Both the position numbers and the translations under genes were made by a program. From contig CM035358.1 in NCBI GenBank assembly GCA_020137815.1, forward strand, positions 6,696,001 to 6,760,000: a DNA stretch of 64,000 nucleotides, given 5' to 3'. This document shows positions 53,395 to 64,000 of this stretch, piece after piece. The notes beneath the pieces were generated by a model. That model ran no database searches. It was not told the origin of the DNA and worked only from the letters and a program-made list of their open reading frames with translations. The number at the start of each line of letters is the position of its first letter. Positions within the stretch are counted from its first letter, which is position 1. Origin of the DNA: Hormiphora californensis. Lineage: Eukaryota; Animalia; Ctenophora.

Positions 53395-55739
53395 CCCCCC
53401 CCCCCCCTTTTTTTTTTTCCCCCCTTTTTCCCCCCCCCTTTCTCCCCCCCCCTTTTTCCTCCTCTCCCCTTTTTTCCCTCTTTTCCCTTTCCCCCTTTTC
53501 TCTCTCTTTTCTTTTTTTTAGTCGGGGGTTCCGAACTTTTTGCATTTCAACCCTTTTTCACTTTTTTTAACCCCCTAACCCTTTTAATTTTAACCATATC
53601 CATACCACCTTTCCTTTTATATTACCGTTTCCTTCCCCGTTCAAATTTAAGACACTTTAGGGTTTATACTGTAAGTAAAATCAAATCTATCAGTGTAATA
53701 GCAGTAGCTTCACCCTCTAACCTCTTCAGATTAAAATACTTTTCATTTTGCTTACCTCTAGCACAATAACAGCAATCTAGCAGCTTTAGTTGGGAACTTA
53801 TCAGATCAATAATCAACGACGCTGGTCGTTCTACCCGTTCTTAGAAATATTTTTGGGTCTTCTTAATTTTACTCAATACCCTAAACGACTCTGTGGATCT
53901 CTGTTTATGTTTCCTGGAAACCAACTCTGAGAAATCTTTAGGCTCTGATCGGTCCTGGGGGTAATGCAACTTTATCTGATGAAACCGCTGTGTGGAGGCC
54001 ATGTACCCTCAAATCCATTTATCACCGAATCTCATACTATCATACCCGTGTAACAATCTGAATTGGGAAAAGGATTTATTATTCCTACAACTCCTTTCCT
54101 AATCTTATTGATTTGCTCCTTTTTTTTTTTAAAACTACGTCTTGAACATTTGACTTACGTTGTTGCTATTAGCTAAGGGTGTAATTGGCTAGTCCAATGA
54201 CCGACCTCTACTTCACCCGTCATTACACTGTCAAGGTCAACATCTCCACAATTTCGTTTGCTCATTCCATCGATATGAACCCATGTGATATCTTGAAGAG
54301 GAACATCATAATGTATTAAATGTGTCGGCTTGTAAGGTCCGGTTAGGTATAACTGCAGTACCAAAAACTAAACACAAACGTATTTATCAATGCACGGCGA
54401 ATACTACTTGTGTAGTAATATCTAAGTCTACAACTAGGTACGCTATACGATACAAATATAACTCCAGGAAACCCATTATGAATGTACTGAAGTAGGCTTT
54501 CTCTATAATGTGTCTTCTCTCTGCTCACTATAATTATATGCATCTCTTTTCTCTCTCATAATGAATATTGAATATCTGTATAATTTTTAAACATATCTCT
54601 GATATCAATCTATTGCTATAGTAACTCCCCTACCCCACTATAATTATAAAGGGTTGTGACAACTCTGCGTAAATCCCATTCAATGTATTTATCACCTCAA
54701 CTTCTCTCTATGTAAACCAGGGGGTCTAAAAGCAAAACAACACGGGTTTCAATTACGCGAGTTTGATTAGGGGGCTCCAAATGTAAGACGTTGTCCCTAT
54801 CTTGATTGATAGGCATCTTACGTACACTAGAATTGATGGGACTAAAGTAAACACAAAGCTTGAATGGACGAATCTAATTGGTAGTACAATCACAATATAT
54901 CTGAACAACACGGCATAATACTCAGTATTCTCAGTACTACAAATACTACTATAACTATGTTCAAGATAATAAAGAAGTCCATAGAAGAGGTAGGGTCTGG
55001 ATAGAGTCAAGCAGAAGAGCAACCAATTCCGGCTGTCAGATCCAAAAAAGTGTCCTCGAGAGAGAGAAGTTTCCGCTTATATAGGACTTAAGCGTAGATC
55101 TACGCCTACTAGTTTATTATATCTTGTTCCCCCAAAGAGTAGATCTACGCCTCCGACTTCCCTTATGTAACCAGTCAAACTCGACTCATTAGCGTAGATA
55201 ATCGCCGCTTATCGAATATCGAAGTCCTTATTAGCCATGTCGACTTACCACTTAATAGCTCTGACCTGACCTCAAGTGCGTCAAACCTCTCTTTCATCTC
55301 CCTTCCTTGGGGTCCTTATCTCTCCTCCTCGGTGGTATGGATGATCTTCAAGCTCTGACCTCTCGGTCATCTCCCTTCCTTGAGGTCCTTATCTCTCCTC
55401 TTTAGTGGTATGGATGATCCAACACTCGGGCATCGAGGTCCGTCTAAATTGCCGTACTCAGATAGAGAGTCCCGTATATATATATTACTAGGTAATCAAG
55501 ACGTCACGGTTGTGATCGCCAAGTCTGCACACGGACCCCCGTGTACATGTGTATTGACGAGTTGGTTGCTTCACAGTATACAAGCTATGTAGTACTAATG
55601 AGTTGTATTAATTAACTAATTAGTTAACTAATTATTTACTATTTTACAGGAGGACGGAGAAGCTCTGCTGGATCTGTACAGAAAGGATCGCCCCATGACA
55701 GTTATAGAGTTAAGAGACGCTCCCCCACGAACAGAATGA
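37638..55739 (+). CDS. EDEM3: ER degradation-enhancing alpha-mannosidase-like protein 3 (GH47 + PA domain), multi-exon; start exon unresolved; last exon 55650-55739
   Basis: Exons translate to [11 protein letters not shown]|[20 protein letters not shown]...[83 protein letters not shown] and a PA domain (RGGCMFVEK...AMSGDG...IPSLFL). Confidence 0.95.
38470..38722 (+). repeat. 43-47-bp tandem repeat x6 spanning an EDEM3 3' splice site
   Basis: aatcacgtgt...cag|ggggttgctaggtg is repeated; only the last copy continues into the exon (GGLLGGH). Confidence 0.92.
39893..40600. repeat. 26-bp intronic minisatellite (~27 copies)
   Basis: Tandem aacttgtgtgaactgtgaagtatgtt units. Confidence 0.95.
41396..41468 (+). 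tRNA. tRNA-Lys(CTT), intronic in EDEM3
   Basis: GCCTGGTTAGCTCAGTCGGTAGAGCACGAGACTCTTAATCTCGGGGTCGCGGGTTCGAGCCCCGCATCGGGCT folds as a cloverleaf with A and B boxes and a CTT anticodon; T-run terminator at 41484. Confidence 0.93.
46420..46865. repeat. 21-bp minisatellite (tctggaacacatccttctcta) inside the LTR element
   Basis: ~21 visible tandem units. Confidence 0.92.
47540..48030 (-). pseudogene. Decayed gag zinc-knuckle and aspartic-protease remnants
   Basis: - strand YRCGEVG near 48000 (CxxC...GH-like) and a frameshifted LD(S/T)GA near 47560, in gag-then-pro order. Confidence 0.4.
49156..49488. repeat. 30-bp minisatellite (ggatctggaacatcctctggcctcctctYa); second array at 50965-51115
   Basis: Visible tandem units at both loci. 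Confidence 0.92.
49650..49937 (+). mobile_element. 3' fragment of a CR1/L2-like LINE ORF2 nested in the LTR element
   Basis: [13 protein letters not shown]...[12 protein letters not shown] matches the usual C-terminal GPxLWN...FK motif. Confidence 0.6.
51366..51995 (-). CDS. LTR-element-encoded ORF of unknown function with C-terminal coiled coil (>=209 aa)
   Basis: Open non-repetitive frame, same sense as PBS/PPT; K/E-rich heptads. The start is uncertain because the upstream sequence is poor quality. Confidence 0.5.
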   Translation of the reverse strand: MTEEEERALLQDSGEEEMLINPMEGTSPCKGLLKYIKVGDERVTFDVAGNLVLDAIAKKEDVRAGVLSLNTPAVREGFRGAEKQSGECCIANDVSAINCSTVGTKVSRNKWKEKTKTLEKELAKSGALNLKLQEECKKLRAEKKCLKTKLKTVKIQKRIKKLEAKTDRCNKGGEREEREAEIERQGIENNQWRIERSVKVGFRELYPDN

Positions 55740-56289
55740 GTGTTTAGTGTTAATGGGTATAATTCTAGTAATAATCGGTATTTTATACAGTTTTAAAGTT
55801 ATTTTAACTTCACAAAAAAACACTCAATCTCATTGTACGGCGAGGGACAGTTTTTGCGGAATCTAAAACAATTGTCAATTTATTGTGTGAGTTACTGATG
55901 CTGATTGGTGGGTATCTCATCTTTAGTTCTAGTGCCAGTAGTAACTGGCAGTAACTCTAAGACTCTCAGAAAAAGTGAGAATGAGATAGATTTGAGTTGT
56001 CAGTCGTCAGAGCATTGGCCTGACAGGGTTTGAGAAACAATAGCAGTAGCACACGATCCCTTTCAAGCATGTCCCACTCTTTGTAAATACAGTATTAATT
56101 TGTACTTGGATTACTACAAAAATAACAGCCGTGTTTGAATTTTAATAATAACTTGATTGTCCAACTATGTGACTTGGGTTTCATCAAGTATTGCATGGGC
56201 GGAAAATAAAACATTATGCTGCATTTGCCAACTGCGCGTGATGCGCGGCGCAAAGAACAAAAAAAATCTTGAAATTTCAAGAATTTTTG

Positions 56290-56535
56290 AAATTCAGTCC
56301 ACTTGTGATCAGCACAACCGGGGGACTTGCCAAGGAGTTTACCAAAGTGGTCAAACACATTGCTGAACTAAAGGCAAAAAAATCAGGAAACAGTCATGGT
56401 GACTGCATCAGATACATCAGGCTTCGCCTAAGCTTCTCAATGGTCAGAAGCGTCACCCTTTCGATCCGTGGATTCCGTGGGAAGAAGACCGAAACTACAT
56501 CTGATGATCTATGGAACATGAGAGTGTGTCAATGA
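56290..56535 (+). mobile_element. 3' fragment of a CRE-like non-LTR retrotransposon
   Basis: FSPLVISTTGGL...IRLRLSFSMVRS...IRGFR resembles the C-terminus of CRE-type RLE elements. Confidence 0.65.
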
Positions 56536-56658
56536 ACAATTGTTTTTTTTAAATTTATTATTTTAGTCCGTGATAGCGCAAGAGCGCATGTATTTTAATA
56601 ACAACTGAGAACTCTCAGCATCAAAGATTGTTTACGGGAGTGCTCTCCCCCCAAAAAA

Positions 56659-57089
56659 GATACCTAAAACTTTTCGTATATCGTCTTATTTTGATTTATC
56701 ATTAATTTTCAGCATTTTTTCAGAATTTTTTGTCGGCTAGAAAAAAATTCGAAATAGGGGGTCTACCGATATTGTCAGCACTGGTTTTACTGGGCACACT
56801 CACTGCGTCTCGCAAATTGAAATTCACGTTTCCGGTTCCTCAAAAGATAGCTACTTGATCTTGGTTGCGTTGGATTGGTCTCAATAAGACCTTTCCAACG
56901 CTACCAAAACGGTTTCTGTATCTCATCAGGAACCGGAGATATTACGTTATCAATTTTAAAAAAGGCACACTCATTTGTCAGTAGACCCCCTATTTTGCAC
57001 ATATTTCTAGCCGACAAAAAATTCTGAAAAAATGCTGAAAATTAATGATAAATCAAAATAAGACGATATACGAAAAGTTTTAGGTATCT
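56659..57089. mobile_element. MITE with ~85-bp TIRs, ending 62 bp upstream of the GGCT start
   Basis: agatacctaaaacttttcg... / ...cgaaaagttttaggtatct; no clear TSD. Confidence 0.75.
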
Positions 57090-57151
57090 TGTCAACCTTT
57101 AAGGTTGTTTTTCTGTTTTCACCCACGTTTTCCGCTTTTTACAGTCACACG

Positions 57152-57676
57152 ATGGCCTCAACCGGTAAATTCTTGTACTTTGGGTTTGGTAGTAACCTAT
57201 TGACAAAGCGGATCCATATTAACAACCCTTCTGCCGTTAAAAAGGACGTTGCAAAGCTTGAAAACTACCAGCTTTCTTTTGGAAACTTTTCCAAGAACTG
57301 GGGAGGGGCATCTGCGACCATCAAACCATGTCCTGATAGCCACGTTTGGGGAATTTTGTGGGTACTTGATGATTCCAACCTTCCCTCGCTAGACAGACAG
57401 GAGGGAGTGCCAAAAATTTACCAACCGTTCACGGTCACCGTAAAAACGGCATCTGGGGAAGAGTATCAAGCCCGAACCTATCATTTAGTGACTGGGCTTG
57501 ATAAGGAACCCATTCCAAGTGCACTTTATCTTGGTGTGATCAAGGAAGGGGCTAAAGAGCACGGATTACCGGAGAGTTATCAGGAATTCCTGGCAGGCAT
57601 CCAGGATAATGGTTTCATGGGCTATGAAAACTCGCCTTGCCAGTTCCCGAAAGATCCTTTTGAGAAAAACTATTGA
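57152..57676 (+). CDS. GGCT: Gamma-glutamylcyclotransferase (GGCT/AIG2-like), 174 aa, intronless CDS
   Basis: FLYFGFGSNL, WGGASATI, VWGILW, LDRQEGV (catalytic Glu), PSALYLGVIKEGAKEHGLP. Confidence 0.92.
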   Translation: MASTGKFLYFGFGSNLLTKRIHINNPSAVKKDVAKLENYQLSFGNFSKNWGGASATIKPCPDSHVWGILWVLDDSNLPSLDRQEGVPKIYQPFTVTVKTASGEEYQARTYHLVTGLDKEPIPSALYLGVIKEGAKEHGLPESYQEFLAGIQDNGFMGYENSPCQFPKDPFEKNY

Positions 57677-57874
57677 AACTTAATGTTATTTATTACATAA
57701 TATACCATTGATTTTATTTGATCTGATACTAATTGTGGGAGTTCTATGTTTATAATATGTATTAAATCAGTGGGTATATTGTGAGTTGTTATTGAATTGA
57801 GATTGATTCATTTAAATACGAGTTCATTAATATGCGTACAAATACATTTCACTCTCCATATCTCTATCATCTAG

Positions 57875-62898
<5,024 letters not shown>

Positions 62899-63396
62899 GG
62901 TAGGTGATCATGTCCAAGTATGAAACGTCATGTTAGTTTGTTGCCATGAAATTATTTTATATGTGACAGATGCGAGATGGAAATTCCCCAAAAACACGAA
63001 ATGTAATGATATGATTTTCTGATAAGAAGTGAGAAAACGTGAGAAGTAATGAAATGAGCTGTGATCCTAGATTATCTATTAGGAGATATTGCTTGAGAGA
63101 TAGAGTTTCAACGAGCACAAGCAAATCGATACAAATACAAATAAAGCATAAAGACACCATCCTCAGCCTTCTAAAGCAATGAAAGTCGAGCTTGTGACCG
63201 TGCGACTGAGATACTAAAGAGATCAAGAGAGTTAACGTGCCGATCATGAGCAAGCTGAGAGAACCAAGAGAGAAGCTTCTGTATGTTGCCGTGAGAGCGC
63301 AAGCAGTGCCGATCTAGAGACAGAACGAGTGATATCTCGAGTGAGAGCATCGCAGAGAGCGAGGCAGGGAAGCTAGTACTGTGGCTCGATCTAACA

Positions 63397-63444
<48 letters not shown>

Positions 63445-64000
63445 TTTGATACATGTTACTCAACCATTGTCCCCCCAATTACTAAGCGTCATCCAAAAGC
63501 TGCATGTGTATATCCCCCTGTGCGCCACACACAAATTCTGTGCAACTGTCTTGCGTGTTAGAACTCTAAGAAGGAGAGCTCTGATTGGTTGATGGATTTG
63601 GTGGATGGCTTTGATTGGTTGAGAGTTGTCACGTGGTGTCAAGCAGCAGCGTTCACCCACCCTCCCCTGTTCTACTTCTTTCACCCCTAGTGTGCGTGTG
63701 TTTTTTGAAAGTACTAACCTTGTACACAACACTTTTGTACCTGATCATGTATAATTGTTTAGTTTTCATAAATCATGCTATCTTTCTATCATTATATTAT
63801 TCGTCTTTTAATCGTCAAATATGAAATATCACCCTGGGTTATTTGCTTGTTTCAATTTCCCCAGCCTGTGCGATAATGTTCCATACTAATTAGGGTCTAA
63901 CTTGCGACTGCATTGGTCTTCTGATAATTGCCATACATTTTCTCCAGAAAGTGAATTCTTTATCCGTGTAATTTAAAATCCGAAACTGTCTAAGGTTTTA

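Larger units (their letters stand above)
44098..55547 (-). mobile_element. LTR retrotransposon (Gypsy-like, apparently non-autonomous), 11.45 kb, in the last EDEM3 intron
   Basis: 766-bp LTRs (44098-44863 and 54782-55547) with TG...CA ends and 4-bp TSD TGTG; PBS-like TGGAGCCCCC next to the right LTR and a purine tract next to the left LTR on the - strand. Confidence 0.95.

Noticed and set aside
53047-53570. Gly/Lys/Pro-rich ORFs
   Set aside because: Homopolymer-run sequence, probably an assembly artefact.

Overview
Eukaryotic, intron-rich animal genomic DNA; a ctenophore such as Pleurobrachia is my guess from the repeat families, not verified. Five host genes can be rebuilt by hand. On the - strand: a 4-exon catalytic-domain-only DEDDh exonuclease (ISG20/REXO4-like, 190 aa) and an 11-exon class A GPCR (492 aa) with aminergic-type D3.32/Y7.43 and a ~195-aa third intracellular loop. 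On the + strand: EDEM3 (GH47 mannosidase plus PA domain), a gamma-glutamylcyclotransferase with an intronless CDS, and a coiled-coil gene running off the window. EDEM3 carries an intronic tRNA-Lys(CTT) and, in its last intron, an 11.45-kb LTR element with 766-bp LTRs and a TGTG TSD. That element lacks recognisable RT/integrase but carries an extra coiled-coil ORF and two tandem long hairpins. Positions ~11-37 kb are a gene-free field of MITEs, foldbacks and satellites. Most unusual: (1) a restriction-like-endonuclease non-LTR insertion flanked by an exact 134-bp duplication; (2) recurrent tandem duplications spanning splice sites in three separate genes; (3) the tRNA abutting a branch point and 3' splice site; (4) the hairpin-bearing non-autonomous LTR element. 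Stretches ~18.1-22.3 kb and ~52-53.6 kb look like low-quality consensus.
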